From a virus: 64,000 nucleotides of DNA. The stretch lies in the IMG/VR virus record IMGVR_UViG_3300027763_000026, one strand, 5' to 3'. This document shows positions 1 to 10,506 of the stretch, piece after piece. The notes beneath the pieces are model-generated. The model was not told the DNA's origin, did no database searches, and saw only the letters and a program-made list of their open reading frames with translations. How positions within the stretch are numbered: position 1 is the first letter of the stretch; every line of letters begins with the position of its first letter. The position numbers and the translations under genes are program-made.

Positions 1-233
1 CCAGTAGGCCCAGTAGATCCAGTAGATCCAGTTGCACCAGTTGCCCCAGTAGGCCCAGTTGCACCAGTAGCCCCAGTAGCACCAGTAGCACCAGTGGAAC
101 CAGCGGGTCCAGTTGCCCCAGTAGCACCAGTAGCTCCAGGCCCTGTTGCCCCAGTAGAGCCAGCAGGCCCAGTAGCTCCAGTTGCCCCAGTAGGCCCAGT
201 AGCCCCAGTAGCCCCAGTGGCACCAGTAGCGCC
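1..233 (-). repeat. 9-nt periodic collagen repeat (Gly-X-Thr; X mostly Ala/Pro/Ser)
   Basis: Plus strand ccagtagc/ccagttgc/ccagtagg units; about 26 triplets visible before the window edge. Confidence 0.95.
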
Positions 234-785
234 AAAACAATCTAAACTTACTGAATTTCCAACGGATTGAATACCAATTTCTTCAAACAAACTGCTTATC
301 TCTGAACCGACTGGATTGAAATTATTAGCATTTCCTACGTTAAATGACCTTGTGCACATTACATAGGGTGGATCTAAAGTACCATCATTTACTAATCTAA
401 ATTTTGCTTCATTTTCAGCAGAAGTTAAATCTGTTGTATCAATTGAAATTGTTTTATTGTTTTTATTTATAAGAATAGAAGATTTATCAAATTCTGTTAA
501 TAGTTGAATTCCTTGGTCGTTTGGATTTAGAAGCTCTAAAGAAGATGTTCCTATATTTGTTCCTAATGCAGCTGTATAACCAAAATCTTCTGATGAGTTA
601 TTTAAATATATTTGATTTTTTCCTGAGTCAGTGTAGACTTGTATATAGTTTGGACTGTCTTTGTATTGCAGTTCTAGTAAATTTACTGGGCAATTATCTG
701 TTCCTAAATTTAAAACATTTCCGCTTTGTTGGTAACTTGCCCAACATTCGTTGCTAAGATCTTGGATGAATTTAATTATTGCCAT
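1..785 (-). CDS. Collagen-like fibre protein, 3' end runs off the window
   Basis: Not in the ORF track because it has no stop in the window. Manual translation from ATG at 785 gives [22 protein letters not shown]...[15 protein letters not shown]..., open to position 1, with a Gly-X-Thr repeat at the end. Confidence 0.85.
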   Translation of the reverse strand, partial: MAIIKFIQDLSNECWASYQQSGNVLNLGTDNCPVNLLELQYKDSPNYIQVYTDSGKNQIYLNNSSEDFGYTAALGTNIGTSSLELLNPNDQGIQLLTEFDKSSILINKNNKTISIDTTDLTSAENEAKFRLVNDGTLDPPYVMCTRSFNVGNANNFNPVGSEISSLFEEIGIQSVGNSVSLDCFGATGATGATGATGPTGATGATGPAGSTGATGPGATGATGATGPAGSTGATGATGATGATGPTGATGATGSTGSTGPT

Positions 786-795
786 AAATTTTATT

Positions 796-3700
796 TTAGG
801 TTGGAGCAGAGATTGCCAAAGTTACCACAGTCATTTCGTACGGTGCAACAGGACATGGGCCATAGTTCTGTCCTCCACAACCATTACCACATCTATAAGG
901 CGTAGAATTAGAAGCGCTTCCTCTTGCATAAGTTATGGAGCCTGAGTTATAGCTTCCGCAACTCGTAATGCTATTTCCATATGTTATTTTTGCTGTGCCT
1001 CCTGGGACGACATAAAAAGTAGTAGTGCCACCACCCCCTAGACCCCCAATTGGAGTTCTATTACCTCCAGATAAAATTACGCCGTCATATTCTGCTAACA
1101 TGTAGTCGTCTGCGGCAGATGCAACAAATGTCACTGCAACGCCATCTCCGCATTCTTGATATCCTTCATAGCATGATAATGGATTACCGCCATGAGGCCC
1201 AAAACTTTCAGCGCAATTTTGTTTTCTGTCGTCCCTGACACTACTAGCAAAATAATTATCAACTTCTGCTTGATTGTCGAATATTGTTAAATGAGATTTA
1301 CATCCAAGTACTGGATAAGTACAACATCCTGGACAAGCATCGTAACATTCCTTGGTAGCTAGAATAGAACCTTCTGGAGCACAAATATTGTCACATTCAG
1401 TATAGCACGACATGCATTTTATAGTTTGTCCAAAATTTAAACATGATGAATCTATAACACTGAAGTTAATTGCACTAGTGCATAATTCATTTCCATTTTC
1501 AATAAAATCTCTAAAATAAGTACCAGCTCTTTTGACATTACTATTTGTAAGGTCGATACATGAGCAATTTATACCTGTATAAAATCTTAATTTAGCTCTA
1601 GATAAAGAGCCATTATCTACGTCAACGAAATCTTGAATATAAAGTCTCCAAGTTCCATTTGCTTCATTTGCTTCCATATTAGAAAATATAGATAAATTAG
1701 CTGAATAAGAATTTATGGCAGTATTTGGAAGATTAGCGTGTGCTGTAAAAGTTGAATGATATTGTGAAGAGTTTGGTCTATAAGTACCTTCGCTATATCC
1801 GTCCCATAAAGAACCTGCGTCTTTATCAAAAATTACATTTATATTATCTATACCGAAAAAGCCCAAGCCATTACAAATTAAAACGCCAGTGCCCGATGGA
1901 GAAATTAAAACCATTGCTACATCTTCAGGATAACTATGACTATAACCTTCTAACTCTAAACTTACTTTCCATATCTTGCTGTTAATGTTATTTACATTAA
2001 AAGTTATTGGATAAACAGAAGCAGGGCCAGTTGGAATTGAAATATTCTGTTGAGAAGAAGTATAACTTACATGAACTTCTGTAGGCGTTGGTGTTGGCGT
2101 AGGCGTAGGCGTAGGCGTAGGTGTTGGCGTAGGTGTTGGCGTAGGTGTTACAGGCACATTTACTATATCGATAGTCCCAGCCATGAGGGGATGTATTTGA
2201 CAATTATAGAAAAGAGTAGATGGAGCATCATATGGAACAGTAAACGTAATTGTGCCAAAAGATCTGCCATTACCATTAACACCGCTATTGTACTGATTAA
2301 TGGTGCCTGTTGATGAGATGGTTTTTATCCAAAAAGGATGGCCTAGAGCGTTAATATTAAATGTATAAGTTTGTCCCTCTGTCAGGCTTAATGTTTGATT
2401 TGGTACTCCATTTATTAAATAACTTTGCGTATTATTATGAGTTATGTTAAATGTATTTGGCGCCACTGCTGTAGGGGTTGGGCTAGAAGTTGGCGTAGGT
2501 GTTGGTGTTGGACTAGAAGTTGTCGTAGGTGTTGGGGTTGGGCTAGAAGTTGTCGTAGGTGTTGGGGTTGGGCTAGAAGTTGTCGTAGGTGTTGGGGTTG
2601 GGCTAGAAGTTGGCGTAGGTGTTGGTGTTGGACTAGAAGTTGTCGTAGGTGTTGGGGTTGGGCTAGAAGTTGGCGTAGGTGTTGGTGTAGCAGCGCCTAT
2701 GCAAGAAATTTCAAAATTCATTTCTCGAATCAAAATATCCTCTTCCCAATTTGAAAAAGGAAACACGTCATCATCTGACGAATTAAAAGATACAATTTCT
2801 GGATTTTGTAGAGAATCATCAATTGCATAAAGATACCATCCATAATCTATAATACCGCTATTATTAAAAAATCTTTTTGCCCCAATATTAAAATATTTTA
2901 CATAAAGTTGTCTGCCGTTCGTTTTACAAGATGCATATAGTTTTTGATTTAATTTCTTAAAAGCTGGCAACGGTATTCTGGTAGAAGTAGGAGTAGAAGT
3001 AGGAGTAGAAGTAGGAGTAGAAGTAGGAGTAGAAGTAGGGGTAGGGGTAAAGGTAGGCGGGGAAAAAGAGCCATCTACTCCCGTCACCGTTACCATATCG
3101 TACTTTAGACTCCCAGCAGAAGAATATGCTGATCCATCTACCCTTACGATAGTACTGGTTCCAGGTGCATATGCTTTGATAATTCGAAAACCGAAGTTTG
3201 CATTATTCTGCACCCCTGCGACTTGACTTAGATCTGCTGATCGCTGTACAAAGCTAAAATTCGCTTGATCAATCGCATACAATCCACTTTCCGGAGCTAC
3301 TCCAGGTGAGTCACCAACTGTTGGAATATAATTTATCCATACAGGCGAAACTGCTGTAACATCCAGCGTATATTGAAATCGAGTATATTTGGAAGCCGAT
3401 GAGGTTGCCATGATATCCCAGAAAATCTTTATTTGAGTCTTGCCCACTGTGCTCACAGCAAACCGCGGTCCATTAAACGAGCCTAGATTACCGCCACTAA
3501 TACTTAACATTCTCCCTGTTCCTGGATACGGTTCATTGGCAAGGCCTGCAGATCCACCACCATCTAGTATCATTGACCCGCTGCCAGTGGATGGAACAAA
3601 ATTGCTGCCATTGAAATTCCATTGTGTAATAATTCCAGCGCTCAAAGGTGCAAATGGCATAAGCCGAGTTTTTCTGCCATTGCTTATGTAGCCAGTCGTT

Positions 3701-5589
3701 AGGTCGCGATTAAAAATCTCAAAATGATAAAATATGAGGTTTGTTAAGCCTGTTACTACTATACTTAAAACTGAATCACCTGCTTCAGCAAAAACCGTAG
3801 TAGATTGACCTACTGTAGTTCCAGAACCAAAACTACGATTTCCATTATAACTTTGCAATGCGTTTGGCTCATCCGTCACAGTAGACCCTTCCTTGCCAAG
3901 AATAACCAAATCAAAATCTGGCTGTGAATTCCACGTAAGAACTCCTTGACCATTTTGCCCATTTCCTGAAAAGCTAGTCGGTTCGACCAACCCAATTCCA
4001 GTTCCTGTGAAAGTATATATACCAATCACTATCCCACCAGAAACCATAGTCAACACTGCAGTTTTAACTCCTTGACTGGTTGGTGCGAAACGAATTCCTG
4101 GAAAAACGTAACTAACCGATCCGCTACTTAATAAAACTGATAAAGTACTAGTATAGGTCGATCCATCTTGCGAAAGTGAAAATTCAGGGTGATCAAAAGC
4201 AAAGTCTAGCGTCGATCCTGGTAGTACTCCTCCATCCAATAGAAAACCTTTGTCGCTAACTTGCCCTACTGAAACGTTTCCAAAGTTTGATCCGCTTAGT
4301 GTTGGATTTCCGCGAAAGTTACCTACCACAAATGCCGTAGAACTTGTCACCGCCGAAGAGCCTTCGCCTACAGTTATATATCCTGTCGTTGCCCCTGCGG
4401 GTACGATTGCACTTAACTGTGTTGAACTTATCAAATCAGTTGATGTTGCCGCCGTTCCATTAAATTTTACAGAAATTCCAGCAGTAAAATTTGTGCCCAG
4501 AATTGTAACTTGGTCACCAATAGCTCCAGCAGAAGGAGTAAAAATTAAGACATTTGTTTGCGTAGAAGTTGGCGTAGGAGTTGGCGTAGGAGTTGGAGTT
4601 ACAGTTGGAATTGGAGGAGCACCAATTGATAAAACAGTATTATTCACCCATCCGTCTAGTGGTATTAAATTATTTGTTTGACGTAGATAAGGGGAATAAT
4701 CGATAAGGAATATATTATCTATATATCCCCCGCCAGACGAATTCTCAATACAAACTTCATCAGTGCTTTTAGTAACAGAATATAATTCCCATCTATTAAA
4801 GGTATTGCTCCACGCAAGAAGATAGTCGTTAGGAAGAGGTCCCGCGCCACGAGAAAGATACCATCTTTGACTTGCTGTAGCACTTGACCATGCGCTATTT
4901 GCATTTAAACAAGTGGTTAACATATCTGGCAATCTTCTTTTTGTTGCAAGTCTTGGGGTTGAACCAATATGAACAGTATTTTGTATATTGATATAACCAT
5001 TAGCACTATAATATAAAATATTGATTGTATCAAATGGTATATTTTCCACAATAAAACTAGGGTTAATGCTGTATGACTGATACAAGCCATTACTTATGCA
5101 TTTGGCTGAATACTCAATCACACTGAACTGGACGAAACAAGTAGCCTTTGTTGAATATTGTCTTATGAGTTCCATTGGAACAATATAAAAATCCTGAACA
5201 TTAAGATTCGCATTGGGGGTGGGGGGGCAATTTTCCAAACCGCTATTTACAGGTCCCGAGCCTGCAAAATTTCTAAAATCGAGGATGGGAATGTCATATC
5301 CATTTATATTTACTACACCGTCTTCGGCTTTACCATCATAAGGTAATCCTGCTCCATCTTCTACAGCGAATGCTACAAGAACATATTTACCAGGTTCATA
5401 TGAAAATTTATTGTCATAGGCGTTATTTAGAAAATCATATCCATTTGAATAACCTTTTAAATTCACGCATGATATTTTATTGGGCGCAGGACATGGTAAA
5501 GTCTCCGTTGGATTTTCAGTATATTCAATAACTTTTAAATATTCATTTAAAATTTCCTGTTCAGAATTTGATATATTAAAGTTTTCCAT
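796..5589 (-). CDS. 1597-aa mosaic virion adhesin: IPT/TIG, Ig-like, FN3-like, jelly-roll, cupredoxin-like and proprotein-convertase P-like domains, Cys-rich C-terminus, Pro/Thr linkers
   Basis: TIG-like [19 protein letters not shown]...[16 protein letters not shown]; cupredoxin-like GHPFWIK...[11 protein letters not shown]; P-domain-like [18 protein letters not shown]...[10 protein letters not shown]; four PT-rich linkers; position after the baseplate genes. Confidence 0.75.
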   Translation of the reverse strand: MENFNISNSEQEILNEYLKVIEYTENPTETLPCPAPNKISCVNLKGYSNGYDFLNNAYDNKFSYEPGKYVLVAFAVEDGAGLPYDGKAEDGVVNINGYDIPILDFRNFAGSGPVNSGLENCPPTPNANLNVQDFYIVPMELIRQYSTKATCFVQFSVIEYSAKCISNGLYQSYSINPSFIVENIPFDTINILYYSANGYINIQNTVHIGSTPRLATKRRLPDMLTTCLNANSAWSSATASQRWYLSRGAGPLPNDYLLAWSNTFNRWELYSVTKSTDEVCIENSSGGGYIDNIFLIDYSPYLRQTNNLIPLDGWVNNTVLSIGAPPIPTVTPTPTPTPTPTSTQTNVLIFTPSAGAIGDQVTILGTNFTAGISVKFNGTAATSTDLISSTQLSAIVPAGATTGYITVGEGSSAVTSSTAFVVGNFRGNPTLSGSNFGNVSVGQVSDKGFLLDGGVLPGSTLDFAFDHPEFSLSQDGSTYTSTLSVLLSSGSVSYVFPGIRFAPTSQGVKTAVLTMVSGGIVIGIYTFTGTGIGLVEPTSFSGNGQNGQGVLTWNSQPDFDLVILGKEGSTVTDEPNALQSYNGNRSFGSGTTVGQSTTVFAEAGDSVLSIVVTGLTNLIFYHFEIFNRDLTTGYISNGRKTRLMPFAPLSAGIITQWNFNGSNFVPSTGSGSMILDGGGSAGLANEPYPGTGRMLSISGGNLGSFNGPRFAVSTVGKTQIKIFWDIMATSSASKYTRFQYTLDVTAVSPVWINYIPTVGDSPGVAPESGLYAIDQANFSFVQRSADLSQVAGVQNNANFGFRIIKAYAPGTSTIVRVDGSAYSSAGSLKYDMVTVTGVDGSFSPPTFTPTPTSTPTSTPTSTPTSTPTSTRIPLPAFKKLNQKLYASCKTNGRQLYVKYFNIGAKRFFNNSGIIDYGWYLYAIDDSLQNPEIVSFNSSDDDVFPFSNWEEDILIREMNFEISCIGAATPTPTPTSSPTPTPTTTSSPTPTPTPTSSPTPTPTTTSSPTPTPTTTSSPTPTPTTTSSPTPTPTPTSSPTPTAVAPNTFNITHNNTQSYLINGVPNQTLSLTEGQTYTFNINALGHPFWIKTISSTGTINQYNSGVNGNGRSFGTITFTVPYDAPSTLFYNCQIHPLMAGTIDIVNVPVTPTPTPTPTPTPTPTPTPTPTPTEVHVSYTSSQQNISIPTGPASVYPITFNVNNINSKIWKVSLELEGYSHSYPEDVAMVLISPSGTGVLICNGLGFFGIDNINVIFDKDAGSLWDGYSEGTYRPNSSQYHSTFTAHANLPNTAINSYSANLSIFSNMEANEANGTWRLYIQDFVDVDNGSLSRAKLRFYTGINCSCIDLTNSNVKRAGTYFRDFIENGNELCTSAINFSVIDSSCLNFGQTIKCMSCYTECDNICAPEGSILATKECYDACPGCCTYPVLGCKSHLTIFDNQAEVDNYFASSVRDDRKQNCAESFGPHGGNPLSCYEGYQECGDGVAVTFVASAADDYMLAEYDGVILSGGNRTPIGGLGGGGTTTFYVVPGGTAKITYGNSITSCGSYNSGSITYARGSASNSTPYRCGNGCGGQNYGPCPVAPYEMTVVTLAISAPT
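2471..2690 (-). repeat. Seven 30-nt tandem units encoding a PTPTPT(T/P)TSS linker
   Basis: ctagaag recurs every 30 nt from 2483 to 2663. Confidence 0.95.
2981..3060 (-). repeat. 12-nt tandem repeat encoding a (PTST)n linker
   Basis: gtagaagtagga repeated; translation [22 protein letters not shown]. Confidence 0.9.
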
Positions 5590-5590
5590 A

Positions 5591-8251
5591 TTAACCTATA
5601 AAAACCGTAAAATTGTTTGGAAAATTTGCATTTATTCCAGTAGATATTACAGGTATTTTAACTCCAGTAACTAAATTATTAATTAAATTCTTCCCAGTTA
5701 TATAAAGATTACCAGACATAGCATAGTTATCATAAAAATTTGTTTTTTCTATTGATATGTTTATTTGATTTATATTTGATGGTACATTAGATCCAGAAGC
5801 GTATTTACCATTAGTTGTATAACTACCACTTCTAAAATTTATGTTTCCAGTAGGAATTAAATTGCCAGAAGAGTCTAAATAGCAATATCCAGTAATAATA
5901 TTAAATGTTCCAGTAAATGTTTTTTGGTAAGTTATATCTGTTGTGCCAGTTAATAATAAATTATAATTTCCGCTGCCTATTCCTGTTGCAATTACTGAAC
6001 TGACATAACCCGTATGAATATAACCATTGATATTTTGAGTGATATAGTCTTCATAAGGCAATAGGCCATTCTCTACAAATCCAGAAACTTGACCAGTTAT
6101 AGTTTTATAAGATATATCATCTAAAATCATAGAGACTTTATTAACATCTGGTGATGAAATTATATATCTATTTCCATTTCTATTAAATGAACAATAACCA
6201 TTTGACATCGCTTCACTATTTTCAGTTCCGCTAAATTCTAAAATTTTTTTCCAATTATTACCATATCCAGTATAAATCCAAGCTTTACCAGAATTATTAT
6301 TTGTATTGTTACTTGTTAATAAAATTTTATTTCCGATTGAATTTATTGCAAGCCCGCCACCTACCCCATATCCTTCACCAGTAAATGTATTTGCTAAATT
6401 CCAATCTTGACTATTTCCTGTAAATAAATAAGTATGTCCGAGGCTACCATCACCATAAGAAGAAGCTAAAATTATAGAATTTCCATCTCCATTTATACCA
6501 ATTCTTGAAGGGAATTGTTTATTACTTCCAACTGGATAAATTTTTTTACATAAGTTCCAATTATTTCCATTACCAGTAAATATATATGCTAATCCAGAAC
6601 CATAAAGCCTTTCACCAATTACAATTACATTACCAGATTCATTTATAGCTACACCTTGACCAAAATAACCATTTGTATTGTCCCCAGTTAATTTTTGTTT
6701 TAATGCATAATTTAAATTATTTCCAGTAAATATCCACGCTGCTCCTTTACTGTTGCTATCAAGCGCTGCACCAACTAAAGCTATATTTCCAGATTTATTT
6801 AAAGCAACGCTAGTACCAAAATATGAACCACTTGCTCCAGTTAGTTTTTGGTAATTCCAATTATTTCCAAATCCAGTATAAATATATGCTGCGCCACTAC
6901 CATTACCAGCATTTTGAGCGCCAATTATAATTCTATTACCAATATCATTTAATGATAGTGATCTGCCAAAATTACTATTATTGTAAAAACTAGGAGATAT
7001 TGATCCAATTTGATTCCAAGTATTATTGAATCCACTAAAAATATAAACCTTATCTTGTTCATAACCTTGCCCACCAATAGCAGCAATATTACCTTCGCTA
7101 TTTAATTCGGGAGAAAAACCAAAACTAAAAGGGCCAGGTTTTAATACTTGTAATGAATATCCTTCTCCAGAGCCAATCATCGCGATTTGATTAGTTAAAA
7201 AACCATTCAAGTAAATAAATTGGGTTACATCAGAATATATTTCTCCAGTTACGATACTGTTATTTAATAAATTTATACCACTTCCTGTTGCAAAAAATGA
7301 TTTAGATAAATATCCAGATCCACTTATAAACCCTGTTAAAGTAGCATTAACTCCAGTACGAATATTTATTTCTTGTGAAACGAGGCCAGTGTATCCAGAA
7401 GCATATTCAAAAATAAATGATAAGTCTTTGCTGATAGCATTTGCGCCAGTTTCATTTCCTAAAGCAAAATCAATGCTCAAAACATAAGAATCAATATTTA
7501 TTTCCGCAGGTTGAGTAAAAAATGTTTCTGAAGTCTTATTTACATTAAAATAATTTACATAACCAGTCGTAAGATATTGGCTATTTAATTGAAATGCCCC
7601 AGATATTTTACCAAAATTAGTATATAATCCGAAAATAAAATCGCCAGTTTTATCTAAGTATAACTGTTTTGTTGTCTCAAAATCTGGAGTCACTATAATA
7701 TTATATTTTTGGCCAGAGATATTCTGATTAAAAGAAGGAATTGTATTTATACTAAAGCTAGAATTAGCTGGAGAGATTATTTCACCACTATAAATTTTAA
7801 AATTTAAATTTTGATCGCCACTAATAGACCCAGTTATATTTTCTCTTACATAATAAAAATTATTAAAATTTAGTTTATAATTTGGTCTATCTCCATTTAT
7901 ATAAATCTCTGTTGACCCCGTGCATCCAGAAGTATTCAAATAAAATTTGTTAAATTTTCCATAACTTTTTGAGCTTATATTAGATAAATAATAATCGTTA
8001 ATATAGTAATCATACCCACTAGAATTTATATTTCCAGACAGCTTTATATTTTGATTTGGGTTGTAAGTATAAATTAATTTGTTTTCTGGATCAAATATTT
8101 TGCCATTTGTAAATTTGAAATTAACATTTTCATTAACGCCAGTAAAACCTAAATTGCATAAACCATTAATATTATCTAAAGAGATATCAACAAGAAAAGA
8201 AGCATCGGTTTGTTGGCTAATTGATAAAGTATTATTTCCAGAAAATTTCAT
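5591..8251 (-). CDS. 886-aa tail-tip/baseplate-associated protein with FG-GAP beta-propeller
   Basis: About six FG-GAP-like blades (e.g. [19 protein letters not shown]...GAAYIYTG) at ~6140-7130; located in the tail-tip cluster. Confidence 0.65.
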   Translation of the reverse strand: MKFSGNNTLSISQQTDASFLVDISLDNINGLCNLGFTGVNENVNFKFTNGKIFDPENKLIYTYNPNQNIKLSGNINSSGYDYYINDYYLSNISSKSYGKFNKFYLNTSGCTGSTEIYINGDRPNYKLNFNNFYYVRENITGSISGDQNLNFKIYSGEIISPANSSFSINTIPSFNQNISGQKYNIIVTPDFETTKQLYLDKTGDFIFGLYTNFGKISGAFQLNSQYLTTGYVNYFNVNKTSETFFTQPAEINIDSYVLSIDFALGNETGANAISKDLSFIFEYASGYTGLVSQEINIRTGVNATLTGFISGSGYLSKSFFATGSGINLLNNSIVTGEIYSDVTQFIYLNGFLTNQIAMIGSGEGYSLQVLKPGPFSFGFSPELNSEGNIAAIGGQGYEQDKVYIFSGFNNTWNQIGSISPSFYNNSNFGRSLSLNDIGNRIIIGAQNAGNGSGAAYIYTGFGNNWNYQKLTGASGSYFGTSVALNKSGNIALVGAALDSNSKGAAWIFTGNNLNYALKQKLTGDNTNGYFGQGVAINESGNVIVIGERLYGSGLAYIFTGNGNNWNLCKKIYPVGSNKQFPSRIGINGDGNSIILASSYGDGSLGHTYLFTGNSQDWNLANTFTGEGYGVGGGLAINSIGNKILLTSNNTNNNSGKAWIYTGYGNNWKKILEFSGTENSEAMSNGYCSFNRNGNRYIISSPDVNKVSMILDDISYKTITGQVSGFVENGLLPYEDYITQNINGYIHTGYVSSVIATGIGSGNYNLLLTGTTDITYQKTFTGTFNIITGYCYLDSSGNLIPTGNINFRSGSYTTNGKYASGSNVPSNINQINISIEKTNFYDNYAMSGNLYITGKNLINNLVTGVKIPVISTGINANFPNNFTVFIG

Positions 8252-8253
8252 AG

Positions 8254-10476
8254 TTAATTTCTTATACTGACTTTATTTGGCCTTACTCTTTGCATAACTA
8301 GCTCTTGACTAGGAAGTTCTGGAGCTCTGCTTCTGTAACTTACATCTGCAAACGATCCATTTTCGTCAATATACATTGATAATGAGCTTAAGCCTTGACC
8401 TGGAGTTAATGGAAAATTATTCATATTTTTGATACCAATTATTTTTATATTTATGGTTTTTTGGGGATCAAGAACTACTTGCTTGATTGCTGCATTAATT
8501 TTTCCTCCAGAATTATCTTGAGCGTTCAAATTAGCTTTCATTGGTATTATGGATTGATCCCCTTCCATCGCGCCATTAAAATTGAATTCACTTTGGAAAG
8601 GTATACTGATTTCTGTATTTTTGGTTTCTATTCCATAAAAATATTCTCTTACGGGTAGCACTATTTTAACGCTGGAATCGATATATGATATAGTTATAGA
8701 GTTTGCATCTGCGGTTTTATGTCCAGGATTCGGAACTATAGTTGCTCCAGCGCCGCAACTAGTTTCATTTTTGCAAATTTCTTCTTCAGCCGAAGAGCTA
8801 CAAGGCCCATTACATGGATCTTGACTTGAATCTTCTGAAGTATTTCTATTTATATATAAGCCTTCTGAAATCCTAGGCTCGCAACCATTTTGAGAGTCCG
8901 TTAACCTTCCAAATTTTACGTCTAGAGGTATAGAATTAGGATTAGGAATCAGAGCTAAAAGAAGTCTGCCTTGCGCATAAAAAGACTCAATCTGTTGGCC
9001 TGCGCTTTCGCTTAAAGCGTTCAAAAGAGATAGTCTTACTTGCCCAGCATAATCCATATATACTGGAAAAAATATATCTAAATCGCCATAAAAAGATAAT
9101 TGATCTAAGCTCGGGCAATAAGTCGGTTCTTTTTCAATATAGTATGTTTTATTTCCATAGTAATTAAGATCTGGATCATACGTTGAATTAACTTTTATTT
9201 TTGATCCATCTTTAAAGCATTGATCAATATTCACTGGATTAGGCTCTCTGCTATAAAAATATCTTCCAAAATTGTTAAAAAAAGCTTCTTCTTGAGACTG
9301 CCAATAAGTTTCTAATTTTGAATCTTCTAAAAAAAATTGAAACACTGGTTTGGTTCCATACTCTTTAAATTTATTATGAAAGTCTACGTAGGTTTTTACA
9401 TCAAAACCTTGTGCAAAAACAGTGGTTGGATCTATTGAATAATTAAAATTAATTAAACCTATCCTTTCCCATAATCCTTTTTTCATAAAATAAAGTTTTC
9501 TAGCATTCGAATCAATTTTTCCTAAAATTGCACCAATCAATAATTGAGCTTGTGCGGCACTAAGGTCTGGGGGCGTTAAAGATCCTATTGTCGAAGTAAA
9601 TTTTAAAGAATTAGAGAAACTATAATTTGAATTTGTAAGCCCTCCTGGAGTAAAAGAGAACTCAGTAGAATAAGTTTCATAAGTGTTTTCTATCGTCTGC
9701 GACTCTGAATACGAAGCCAAGTATGGATTATTTTTTGATATGCTTGGCACGTCAATACCTTTTTGTAAATCATAAACTACTAGAGTATTCCTTGTCCAAT
9801 CAAAATAAAAATCCGCAGCAATATCTCTACAAATATTTGATAAAACTTCTCTTGCGGTCCCAGTATAATTAATCTTATAAGCAATATAAGGAGAGCTAAA
9901 TTCAATTCCAAATCCTGTTCTTTCTTTTAACGCACTTATAAAATTTCCGACAGTATACATAACCTCTGGAACATCACAACCATTTCCAGAAGGCTCTTCA
10001 CCACCCATGCATAATAAATTATTGCTAACTACATAACCATCGAATAATCCATCTCTAAATACAGTTCCTCTAACTTCCTTTACCTCTCCATTACATGGAC
10101 ATTTTGCATCTACGTCTATTAAGCGCCCAGTGGAAACAAAACCTTTAGTAGAGCAATGCCTTCTTATTAATCCTACGAATATTTTATCTAATAAATAAGA
10201 CTTATTAGTAAAAGAAAAATTATAAATATTTTGTCCTGGAGAAAAATTTTTTTCAGAACTAATTAAATAACAATCTAGAAAAGTCGTATTACCAATTTTT
10301 ATGCCACCAACTTTATCGCCAAGAGGCATGTCTGTTCCATCAACGACGCTTAAAGTTATTTTATCTAAATTTTGAGAATATCCAATATCAAATTTTATGT
10401 TATAAATGTACCCACCAGCAAATTTTCCTGGAAGATTACTACCAACGGTTACTTGTTCTATACTTTGCCTAGGCAT
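8254..10476 (-). CDS. 740-aa putative baseplate hub / tail-tip protein
   Basis: Position downstream of tape measure and Dit-like genes; YTGTAREVLSNICRDIAADFYFDW resembles the hub/Tal segment; Shine-Dalgarno AAGGAATAAGG upstream. Confidence 0.5.
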   Translation of the reverse strand: MPRQSIEQVTVGSNLPGKFAGGYIYNIKFDIGYSQNLDKITLSVVDGTDMPLGDKVGGIKIGNTTFLDCYLISSEKNFSPGQNIYNFSFTNKSYLLDKIFVGLIRRHCSTKGFVSTGRLIDVDAKCPCNGEVKEVRGTVFRDGLFDGYVVSNNLLCMGGEEPSGNGCDVPEVMYTVGNFISALKERTGFGIEFSSPYIAYKINYTGTAREVLSNICRDIAADFYFDWTRNTLVVYDLQKGIDVPSISKNNPYLASYSESQTIENTYETYSTEFSFTPGGLTNSNYSFSNSLKFTSTIGSLTPPDLSAAQAQLLIGAILGKIDSNARKLYFMKKGLWERIGLINFNYSIDPTTVFAQGFDVKTYVDFHNKFKEYGTKPVFQFFLEDSKLETYWQSQEEAFFNNFGRYFYSREPNPVNIDQCFKDGSKIKVNSTYDPDLNYYGNKTYYIEKEPTYCPSLDQLSFYGDLDIFFPVYMDYAGQVRLSLLNALSESAGQQIESFYAQGRLLLALIPNPNSIPLDVKFGRLTDSQNGCEPRISEGLYINRNTSEDSSQDPCNGPCSSSAEEEICKNETSCGAGATIVPNPGHKTADANSITISYIDSSVKIVLPVREYFYGIETKNTEISIPFQSEFNFNGAMEGDQSIIPMKANLNAQDNSGGKINAAIKQVVLDPQKTINIKIIGIKNMNNFPLTPGQGLSSLSMYIDENGSFADVSYRSRAPELPSQELVMQRVRPNKVSIRN

Positions 10477-10495
10477 ACCTTATTCCTTCGTTAAT

Positions 10496-10501
10496 TTACA
10501 C
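10496..10501 (-). promoter_or_regulatory. GTGTAA motif (candidate late promoter)
   Basis: 19 nt upstream of ATG 10476. Confidence 0.65.
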
Positions 10502-10506
10502 TAAAA

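Noticed and set aside
1997-2830. Short ORFs with poly-Arg, VG or CW repeats (1997-2203, 2050-2313, 2425-2754, 2444-2830)
   Set aside because: Alternative-frame and antisense shadows of the Pro-Thr linkers in the 1597-aa gene.
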